Source of the DNA: Bacteroidota bacterium
GTDB lineage: Bacteria > Bacteroidota > Ignavibacteria > SZUA-365
Assembly: GCA_016928515.1 (NCBI GenBank)
Contig: JAFGKR010000033.1
Span: 1 to 45,086 of the forward strand
Direction of reading: 5' to 3'
DNA length: 45,086 bases
In this document: positions 38,432-45,086 of the stretch, piece by piece
Position numbering within the stretch: the stretch's first letter is position 1
Layout: each line of letters begins with the position of its first letter
Notes under the pieces: model-generated
What the model was told of the DNA's origin: nothing
Seen by the model: the letters and a program-made list of their open reading frames with translations, nothing else
Database searches by the model: none
Program-made: the position numbers and the translations under genes

Positions 38432-38520
38432 GGATGCGGAGCTGTAGGACTTGTTGAACACAATGCAATCTTCTAGTTTACGAAATTCCCACCCATTAGA
38501 AAATGCGCAGGAATGTCCGT

Positions 38521-40575
38521 CTAGTCGCGTTCGAAGCGGATCGATCCGGCATCAGCGTCGATGCCGAATCCGTACAGACCGAGCGACCGGTCGAATTGCT
38601 GCTCCCAGGACCCGTTCTGTGCTCCTTGCGTATGGCGGTATTCATCCTCGCCACCGATGTCGAAGAATAATCCGGTCGTGGGTGCATACACCGCCCATTC
38701 CCCGCCACGGCGAGCCATGGCATATCCCATGCTGTTCCCGACCGGGGCATAGATGTCATTCCCCCGGATATTTGCGAACAGGGAGAAGGAATTATTGAGC
38801 GAACTTCCGAGACTGACCGCACGGTCGTCGGCAGCAGACATGGTGTAGACGTCATCGCCGTCGGCGTCGATGTAGAATGCCGCCGAACCGTCATGCGCGG
38901 TACCGAAACCGAGAGTCATGACCAGATCCGAGTGATCGTTCCCGCTGTTGTCGAACAGTGCGCCGATAGCGAAATGCGCTGCTGCTCCAAGGTTGAAGAA
39001 GACGCCCCGATAGTGGTCGTCACCGGCTTCGTCATTGAGGATGCCACAACCGAACCAGTAGCCGCTGCCCTGCGCGAAGACACCGGCGGAATACGTGTCG
39101 TTGCCCGCGAGGTCTGAAAGAATGCCGAGCCCTCCAGACATATTGTGGCCGTCGGTGTGATCGCCACGGCGTCCTGCGCCGTAGCCCTGCGCGTCGCTTT
39201 CGTTATGCTTCGGTGTTTCATCCCCCACATGCGTTAGCTCCGAATCATCGGCGATGTAGCTGTCATCGCCGTCAGCATCCAGCAGGAGGCCGCATCCCCG
39301 TGAGAACCCATATCCCTGTGCGTAATACACGGTGGCGTAGCGGTCATTGCCATTCCGGTCGAACAGGACGCCGATGCCGTACAGTCCCGCACCCTGGCTG
39401 AAGCCGGTGCCGTGGTATTCGTCGTGCCCCGCCGCATCATAGAGAACGCCCACTCCGAAACGCCCGCAACCCTGGGAGAAACTGTGTGCGGTGTACCGGT
39501 CGTCGCCCCCGAGATCCAGCAGCAGCCCGATGCCCAGCACGCCCGCGCCCTGGGAGGGTGCTTTCTCATGGTCGCTGCGGTATTCGTCGTCGCCTGCCAG
39601 ATCGACGGCAACGGAGACCGGGAGGCGATCGGAACTCGCGCCGGTGGACCCGAGATAGCGGTCATCCCCACCGAGGTCTATGAGGAGGAGGCAGTCCTGT
39701 GCATAATGGATGTCGTCCTCCGCGCCGCGCAGCAGGATGCGGCCATATGGCGTCGGGATATCGAGCGCGAAGCTGCTGTTCCGGAAGCTCTGCAATGCGG
39801 GGATTTCCTTTTCCACCGACTGTGCGAGAAGCATGGCACCCCACGCGGCGGAGCTGCCGTCGAAGTTCACCGCCGCATCGTACACGGTTTGATCGAAGGT
39901 GTGCGCGTCGCACTGCGACTCCTCCAGCGTCGTGCTGAAGAAGATATGTCGCAGATCGGCGGAGGGGATGCGGCGCAGCGCGTGCTCGCGCCATCGACGC
40001 GCCTCCCGCATGGCGGTGAGGATGCGGCCGAGAGAGGCCCGCAGTTCAAGTGGCAGCAGTGTGACCTGGGCGTGGATGGCCGCGCGAATGTTGGTCCAAT
40101 CCTCCGTCGGGAGGGAATAGACGATATTGTCTCCGAGATCGAGACCGGCATCCGCATACAGAGCGGCGACGGCCTCGGTCAGCGGCCATTCGGCGTCGAT
40201 GGCCGGGGTGTAGTCGTAGCCGTACTTCCCGACGTCGTATCCGAGATTTCGTGCCGAATTCATGATCAGGCCGGAGACGGGACGGATCTTCGCGAGCATG
40301 GGACGCGGGAAATTGCTGCTGTCCGCCGTTGCCCAGACGCGGTACCGCCAGAGCATTTCCCGCGTGAAAGTAGGGATTTTCAGCGGCCGTTCCAGCATGG
40401 CGTCGAACCAGGGCAGGCGGAAGGGATCGTCGCGCGTTGCGGCATTCCACGACGTCTGCGGCCGGTAGCCCACGGATGCCGAGTCGAGACCGAAGCGATC
40501 GAGCGCTTCCCTGAGAAGATCGGTCTGCGCGTGGAGGGAGGTGGTGAGGAGGAAAAGAACGATGACCTGTTTCAT
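38521..40575 (-). CDS. secreted repeat protein (12 x D-x-x-G-x-D-x-Y / Gly-rich units), unknown function
   Basis: Start at the ATG at 40575 (MKQVIVLFLLTTSLHAQ signal peptide), 684 aa. The N-terminal about 295 aa are non-repetitive; the remainder is repeats (see the repeat feature). Confidence 0.75.
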   Translation of the reverse strand: MKQVIVLFLLTTSLHAQTDLLREALDRFGLDSASVGYRPQTSWNAATRDDPFRLPWFDAMLERPLKIPTFTREMLWRYRVWATADSSNFPRPMLAKIRPVSGLIMNSARNLGYDVGKYGYDYTPAIDAEWPLTEAVAALYADAGLDLGDNIVYSLPTEDWTNIRAAIHAQVTLLPLELRASLGRILTAMREARRWREHALRRIPSADLRHIFFSTTLEESQCDAHTFDQTVYDAAVNFDGSSAAWGAMLLAQSVEKEIPALQSFRNSSFALDIPTPYGRILLRGAEDDIHYAQDCLLLIDLGGDDRYLGSTGASSDRLPVSVAVDLAGDDEYRSDHEKAPSQGAGVLGIGLLLDLGGDDRYTAHSFSQGCGRFGVGVLYDAAGHDEYHGTGFSQGAGLYGIGVLFDRNGNDRYATVYYAQGYGFSRGCGLLLDADGDDSYIADDSELTHVGDETPKHNESDAQGYGAGRRGDHTDGHNMSGGLGILSDLAGNDTYSAGVFAQGSGYWFGCGILNDEAGDDHYRGVFFNLGAAAHFAIGALFDNSGNDHSDLVMTLGFGTAHDGSAAFYIDADGDDVYTMSAADDRAVSLGSSLNNSFSLFANIRGNDIYAPVGNSMGYAMARRGGEWAVYAPTTGLFFDIGGEDEYRHTQGAQNGSWEQQFDRSLGLYGFGIDADAGSIRFERD
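38635..39687 (-). repeat. protein-level tandem repeats, about 22-30 aa period, RTX/TSP3-like acidic Gly loops
   Basis: Cores read off the translation: IDLGGDDRY, VDLAGDDEY, LDLGGDDRY, YDAAGHDEY, FDRNGNDRY, LDADGDDSY, SDLAGNDTY, NDEAGDDHY, FDNSGNDHS, IDADGDDVY, NIRGNDIY, FDIGGEDEY. Most are preceded by a QGxGxxGxGxL segment. The DNA itself is not repetitive. Confidence 0.7.
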
Positions 40576-40644
40576 GGAGCAACGAGATGGTGCATTGGTG
40601 CAATAAGGAAAAAGGAAAAATTGAAAACATTCCGGCAACCTCCA

Positions 40645-40680
40645 AGAAAAAACGGCAGCCGTGAAGACCGGCTGCCGTTT
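40645..40680 (-). terminator. rho-independent terminator of the amtB-porin operon
   Basis: Perfect 11-bp stem AACGGCAGCCG (40651-40661) pairing with CGGCTGCCGTT (40669-40679), 7-nt loop. On the minus strand it is followed by a T-run (plus-strand A-run 40646-40652). Lies 32 nt after the porin stop. Confidence 0.85.
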
Positions 40681-40711
40681 GCTGAGAAACGGAAGAATGG
40701 TGAAGGAGGGA

Positions 40712-41821
40712 TCAGAACGTGATGAGCATGTTCAGTCCGATCGTCGTCTGACTGTCGACAGATTTCAGAGTCGGGTCGGAGAGCGAAGCGCCTTTCTCGA
40801 ATACGTCCTTGTCGGAGCTGTCCATGCGGAAATCCGCGCGCAGGACCAGACGATCCGTCGGACGATACTCCGGCGTAACCGTGAGTTCGGTGAGCTTCTG
40901 CTGCGTGCCGGTGCGGAGACCATCCGCATCATCGAACTGTTCTCCGCGAAGGGAAATGGAGAACGCATCGGAAAGGTTGAGACGGATATATCCGGCGACG
41001 CCGCTCCAGGAAGCGTCGGCGCCGTCCTCCGCTGCTGTCCGGGCGGAACCGAAATCTGCATTCACGCCGACAGTGAGCAGCTCGCTGACGGTGTAAATCC
41101 CGACCAGATCGAAGACGGAGGTATTGTTGCTGTTGTCGTCCTCTCCTTCCGCACCATGAATGCCGTTGACGGCAAGAAACAGATCGGCGACCGGCGTCAC
41201 GGCGAGTTGTGCCCCAACGGTCTTGTTGGTGTTGTTCTCGACCGCATTGTCCCACCCGTTGGCGAGCATGACCATGGCGGAAACGGATTCGCTGAAGCCG
41301 TAGCGGGTCCGGATGCCCGTGTGCGCGAACGGGATGGCGTAGCCGAAGAGGAAGGAGCGGCTGACATTGTCGTTCCAGCCGTCGTAGCCTTCGATGAGTT
41401 CATATCCCATATGGGTGAGGAATTTCCCGGCATCCACCGTGAGCCCGCTGCCGACGGGAATGATGTAGGAGACATAGCCCTGGAGGACATCGATGTTTCC
41501 ACCGCCGAAGAGCCCGCTCGAAGCAGTGTACTGCGGGAGTGCGCCGGTAATCAGGTCGAAGCGGAATCCCGCGTCCCCGGCCTTCTCCGCATCGCTGCGC
41601 ACGACGAGCTGGAAGACGTCGAATGCAAAACTGTTGTGGTGACGGTCGAAGATCCGCTCCCCGTTCTCCATCGATGCAGGAGTATTGAGATTGTACGTGA
41701 ATGATGTCGAGAGAAAGCCGTTCATGTCGACTCGTTCGTACCAGACGATTTCCTGCGCACCTGCGTATGGTGCGGCGAGAAGAAGAAGAGCAATCGGAAT
41801 CAGGAATGAGAGCTGTTTCAT
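40712..41821 (-). CDS. outer-membrane porin-like beta-barrel protein
   Basis: Start at the ATG at 41821 (MKQLSFLIPIALLLLAAPYAGAQ signal peptide), 1 nt after the amtB stop. Alternating beta-strand pattern and C-terminal ..GLNMLITF. Confidence 0.7.
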   Translation of the reverse strand: MKQLSFLIPIALLLLAAPYAGAQEIVWYERVDMNGFLSTSFTYNLNTPASMENGERIFDRHHNSFAFDVFQLVVRSDAEKAGDAGFRFDLITGALPQYTASSGLFGGGNIDVLQGYVSYIIPVGSGLTVDAGKFLTHMGYELIEGYDGWNDNVSRSFLFGYAIPFAHTGIRTRYGFSESVSAMVMLANGWDNAVENNTNKTVGAQLAVTPVADLFLAVNGIHGAEGEDDNSNNTSVFDLVGIYTVSELLTVGVNADFGSARTAAEDGADASWSGVAGYIRLNLSDAFSISLRGEQFDDADGLRTGTQQKLTELTVTPEYRPTDRLVLRADFRMDSSDKDVFEKGASLSDPTLKSVDSQTTIGLNMLITF

Positions 41822-41822
41822 G

Positions 41823-43040
41823 TCACACTGCCTCGATATATGCTTGTTCACCGTGAAGAGACTCATCCAGGCTGGCTTCTTCCGCATCAGAGGTACGCAC
41901 CGGGGTGATGACGTTGATCACTTTGAGCGCCACGAACGTGAAGCCGAAGGCGTAGGCTGAGGCTCCGAGCACCGCGACCGTTTCCTTGAGGAAGAAGGCT
42001 CCGCCGCCGAACATCAATCCGTCCGCACCCGCGGTGTTTACCGCAGTGCTGCCGAACAGTCCCAGAGCGATGGTTCCGAGAATGCCCCCGACACCGTGGA
42101 CGCCCCAGACGTCGAGCGCGTCGTCCCACTGCAGCCGGTTTTTCAGCGTAACCGCAAAATAGCAGATGACACCCGCGGCGATGCCGATGATGACAGCGCT
42201 GCTGGTGGACACGAATCCGGCAGCGGGTGTGATCGTGGCGAGACCAGCGACGGCACCGGTCAGTAGCCCGACAAATTTCGGCTTCTTTTCGATGGTCCAT
42301 GCAAGGATCAACCATGTGACGCCGGCGAAGGACGCGGCGACGTCCGTATTCAGGAAGGCCAGCGCGGTGATCTGATCCACCTGCAGCTCGCTGCCGGCGT
42401 TGAAGCCGTACCAGCCGAACCACAGCAGTCCGGTACCAAGGGCGACCAGCGGAATGCTGTGCGGGCCGGATTCAGCGACCTTGCGCTTTCCGACGAAGAA
42501 GACCGAGGCCAGAGCGGCCATACCCGCGATGGCATGAACGACGATGCCGCCCGCGAAGTCGAGCACACCCCACTGGGCGAGCAGTCCGCCGCCCCAGACC
42601 ATATGTACGAAGGGGAAGTACACGAACAGCAGCCAGACGACGAGGAAGATCAGATAGGCCTTGAAGGTGACGCGATTGGTGAATGCGCCGGTGATCAGCG
42701 CGGGGGTGATGATGGCGAACATCATCTGGTACGCGATAAACACCATGAGGGGGATGTTGTTGGATCCGCTGCCGAAAACATCATCCACGGAAAGTCCGGC
42801 GAGGAAGGCGTGGTCCAGATTCCCGATGATCCCGCCGATATCCCCGCTGAAACAGAGAGAATACCCGACGGTGAACCACAGGACCGTTGTGATTCCCATG
42901 GAGACAAAACTCTGTATCATGATGCTGAGAACGTTTTTCCGTCCGACCAGTCCGCCATAGAAAAAGGCGAGCCCGGGCGTCATCAGCATGACCAGGCTTG
43001 TCGCAACCAGCATGAAGCCGGTGTTTCCGGTGTCAAACAT
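41823..43040 (-). CDS. amtB: ammonium transporter (Amt family)
   Basis: Amt signatures (DTGNTGFMLVATSLVMLMTPGLAFFYGG, DFAGGIVVHAIAG, WFGWYGFNAGS, VHGVGGILGTIALGLF). ATG at 43040; the track start 43046 is GTG. Confidence 0.95.
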   Translation of the reverse strand: MFDTGNTGFMLVATSLVMLMTPGLAFFYGGLVGRKNVLSIMIQSFVSMGITTVLWFTVGYSLCFSGDIGGIIGNLDHAFLAGLSVDDVFGSGSNNIPLMVFIAYQMMFAIITPALITGAFTNRVTFKAYLIFLVVWLLFVYFPFVHMVWGGGLLAQWGVLDFAGGIVVHAIAGMAALASVFFVGKRKVAESGPHSIPLVALGTGLLWFGWYGFNAGSELQVDQITALAFLNTDVAASFAGVTWLILAWTIEKKPKFVGLLTGAVAGLATITPAAGFVSTSSAVIIGIAAGVICYFAVTLKNRLQWDDALDVWGVHGVGGILGTIALGLFGSTAVNTAGADGLMFGGGAFFLKETVAVLGASAYAFGFTFVALKVINVITPVRTSDAEEASLDESLHGEQAYIEAV

Positions 43041-43185
43041 ATGCACTCCGAAGTATGTGGATGAAGCGAGCTTCTCCGCGCGTGGCGGAGAATACAGGAG
43101 TAGTTGATCTGAAAGTAGGGAAGAGTGGGTTCACGGAAAAGAGGCGGAATCCTGATACTTCTGTCAGGAAAAGGCGCCTGGTGGT

Positions 43186-43201
43186 GTAGGGAATTCCCTA
43201 C
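43186..43201. promoter_or_regulatory. 16-bp perfect palindrome GTAGGGAATTCCCTAC upstream of amtB
   Basis: Read directly from the sequence. Lies 19 nt downstream of the NarL-type regulator stop (43220) and about 145 nt upstream of the amtB start. Function unknown (operator or short hairpin). Confidence 0.3.
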
Positions 43202-43219
43202 AGGAGGGATGGATCCTGG

Positions 43220-43852
43220 TCAGTCGATGAGATGGTGGCGCATTGCGTACTGGGAGAGTTCGACGTTATTTCGCAGGCCCAACTTTTCCAGGATTCGTGC
43301 GCGATAGGTGGTAATGGTTTTTTCGCTGAGGATCAGGTCCTGCGCGATTTCATGCAGGGTCCTTCCCGCAGCGAGGAGGCGCATGACCTGGAATTCGCGG
43401 TCGGAAAGGGAATGATGCGGTGCGTCCGGGTGCTCCCTCCCCACTGCGTCCGCCAGACGTTCCGCTACGGAAGGACTGATATAGCGTCCGCCGGCGGCTA
43501 TGCGGCGGATGGCGCTGATCAGCTCGGACGCGGCGCTTTCCTTGGTCAGGTAGCCCGAGGCGCCGGCACGAATCACACGGACGGCGTACTGATCCTCGGG
43601 GTGCATGCTGACGATGAGCACCGGGAGATCCGGATACCGGGATCGGATTTCAGCGAGGACATCCAGTCCCGTCCTTCCCGGCATCGTGATATCAAGGATG
43701 ACGAGATCGACAGAGCGGGAGGCAAGCTGTTCGAGCGCTTCCTGGCCGTGGCTCGCTTCCGCAGCAACATGGAAGCTGTTTTCACGCGAGAGAATCTGCT
43801 TGAGTCCCTCACGGAACAGCGCATGATCGTCTGCGATGAGGATACGTATCAT
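43220..43852 (-). CDS. NarL/LuxR-family response regulator
   Basis: 210 aa. Receiver (ILIADDH..., DLVILDITMPG, K in YLTKES) plus LuxR HTH (LSDREFQVMRLLAAGRTLHEIAQDLILSEKTITTYRARILEKLG). The start overlaps the kinase stop (ATGA). Confidence 0.9.
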   Translation of the reverse strand: MIRILIADDHALFREGLKQILSRENSFHVAAEASHGQEALEQLASRSVDLVILDITMPGRTGLDVLAEIRSRYPDLPVLIVSMHPEDQYAVRVIRAGASGYLTKESAASELISAIRRIAAGGRYISPSVAERLADAVGREHPDAPHHSLSDREFQVMRLLAAGRTLHEIAQDLILSEKTITTYRARILEKLGLRNNVELSQYAMRHHLID

Positions 43853-45086
43853 GATGCCATATCAACGGTTGTTTGCGGAAAGTGAACCATGACCCGCGTG
43901 CCCTCTCCCGGCGTCCCGTCAAAGCGGATGCTTCCTCCGAAATAGGATGCCCGTTCACGCATTCCCATCAGGCCGAAAGACGCGGGCTGCTCGATCGCAG
44001 CCGCGCTGATGCCACAGCCGTTATCCGAAATCTCCATCGTGATTCCGGTTGCGTCCGCTGACAGCGTGATATCCACTCGATCGGCTCCTGCGTGCCGGGC
44101 GACATTGGTCAGGGTCTCCTGAAAGATGCGGAACAGAGCGGTTGATCGTTCGGGATCCAACCGGATATCCGGCGGCGTGATACGCGATACACAGGGTATC
44201 CCGGTGTGCCGCTGGAATTCCTCTGTCTGCCATTCGATCGCCGCCGTCAGGCCGAGATCGTCGAGCACCCCAGGCCGTAGCTGCGAAATGATGCGCTTCA
44301 CCGATTGAATTGTAGCGTCGATTTCTCCGGCCATCACCGTGCAGCGGGCACCCAGGGCGGTATCCACCGTGGAGAGATCCTGCTGGAGGAGGGTCAGTTG
44401 CAGCTTGTGCAAGGTCAGCCGCTGACCGAGGTCGTCGTGGATTTCCCGTGCGACGCTCTTCCGTTCCTCTTCCCGGGCGCCCTGCAGGTGGCGCGACAGA
44501 TTCCGGAATTGCTGACGCGAGCGCTGCAGGCCTTCCTGCGCGCGACGACGTTCGCGGATCTCATCTTCCAGCCGCTGCGTGTGGGAAGTGATTTTCTCGG
44601 CCATTGTGTTGAATGTCGCCCCGAGTCGGCCGATTTCGTCCTCGCTGCTGATCTTCGCCCGGCGGCGAAAATCTCCCCGACCGAACTGCTCGGAAACACG
44701 AGCCAGCGCATCGATCGGTCGTGTCATGGTGCCCGAAATGATGAAGCCCAGAATGATGGCAAAGAGCATCAGGATAAGCCCGCTCAGAATGAGTTGTTCA
44801 CGAAGTTGATAGACCGAACGGAAAGCCTCGAGTTCATCGATCTCGGCAAGCAGCACCCAATGCAGGCCCGGAATATGCAGCGGGGTGAAAGAACTGAGCA
44901 CGCGGACTCCCCGATAATCCCGGACGATCCGTGTGTCCGTTTCTCCGCGGAAAGCGGCTGCGACCGCATCGGTACGGACGTCCTGAAGCATCACCGAAGT
45001 ATGATGTGTGCGGATTGCGTCGAGGACATTCGTCCCGTATCCCTGGCGGGAAATTTGTGCGAGGTAGCGGTCGGGTTCCTCGATGA
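43849..45086 (-). CDS. sensor histidine kinase, NarX/DegS-type (HAMP-HisKA_3-HATPase), 5'-truncated by the window edge
   Basis: HAMP (..TMTRPIDALARVSEQFGRGDF..), H-box EEERKSVAREIHDDLGQ and an ATPase domain. I translated the frame by hand upstream of the GTG at 44994 and it stays open to the window end (..IEEPDRYLAQISRQGYGTNVLDAIRTHHTS..), so the N-terminal sensor part lies outside the window. Confidence 0.85.
   Translation of the reverse strand, partial: IEEPDRYLAQISRQGYGTNVLDAIRTHHTSVMLQDVRTDAVAAAFRGETDTRIVRDYRGVRVLSSFTPLHIPGLHWVLLAEIDELEAFRSVYQLREQLILSGLILMLFAIILGFIISGTMTRPIDALARVSEQFGRGDFRRRAKISSEDEIGRLGATFNTMAEKITSHTQRLEDEIRERRRAQEGLQRSRQQFRNLSRHLQGAREEERKSVAREIHDDLGQRLTLHKLQLTLLQQDLSTVDTALGARCTVMAGEIDATIQSVKRIISQLRPGVLDDLGLTAAIEWQTEEFQRHTGIPCVSRITPPDIRLDPERSTALFRIFQETLTNVARHAGADRVDITLSADATGITMEISDNGCGISAAAIEQPASFGLMGMRERASYFGGSIRFDGTPGEGTRVMVHFPQTTVDMAS

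Noticed and set aside
43185-43202. Reading the amtB-upstream palindrome as an NtcA/CRP-family site (TGTA-N10-TACA).
   Set aside because: NtcA sites are GTA-N8-TAC and CRP/FNR sites are TGTGA-N6-TCACA. The spacing here is two bases too long, so I keep it only as an unassigned palindrome.
1-45086. Search for tRNA/rRNA genes, CRISPR arrays, IS elements, integrases, phage or defence-system genes, and DNA-level tandem repeats.
   Set aside because: None seen. All intergenic spacers are under 400 nt and lack T-loop/cloverleaf signatures or direct repeats. Every long ORF has a housekeeping, transport, signalling or envelope assignment, or is a single unknown.

Overview
GC-rich (by eye, not computed), gene-dense chromosomal segment with about 37 protein genes. 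I found no rRNA, tRNA, CRISPR array, transposase or integrase. A secreted beta-helix protein with a T9SS-type C-terminal sorting domain and a mitochondrial-type aconitase suggest an FCB-group bacterium (Bacteroidota/Chlorobiota/Ignavibacteriota-like); this is inference only.

Most genes are housekeeping or physiological:
- Core metabolism and information processing: anmK, class II B12-dependent ribonucleotide reductase nrdJ, a class I/II aminotransferase, aconitase, pfkA, dapF and glycine-tRNA ligase.
- Iron and redox genes: bacterioferritin, a Prx6-type peroxiredoxin, the FetAB-like ABC exporter and a His-rich NifX-like protein.
- Nitrogen uptake: an amtB-porin pair.
- Signalling: a PAS-PAS-GAF hybrid kinase with HPt, a REC-kinase, a sigma-54 NtrC-type activator, and a NarL-type pair that runs off the 3' end of the window.

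Regions most worth a second look:
1. A five-gene, translationally coupled minus-strand operon (22672-28009). It combines two trehalose routes (TreT plus OtsA/OtsB) with an embedded MscS channel, led by an uncharacterised internally duplicated 228-aa protein.
2. A 1135-aa fusion of a cation/proton antiporter domain, a long disordered linker, a DUF389-type hydrophobic domain and a large C-terminal domain.
3. A secreted 684-aa protein with 12 copies of a D-x-x-G-x-D-x-Y / Gly-rich repeat (RTX-like).
4. A two-gene DUF134-zinc-ribbon / His-rich NifX-like operon with an apparently leaderless promoter containing a 10-bp palindrome.
5. A roughly 200-nt structured leader in front of nrdJ.
6. amtB without glnK, coupled to a porin and preceded by a 16-bp perfect palindrome.

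I see no defence system, mobile element or obviously alien island, and none of these candidates is proven novel. The ORF track uses GTG/TTG as well as ATG starts, and several starts were re-assigned by eye. The many long antisense ORFs are treated as GC-driven shadow ORFs.
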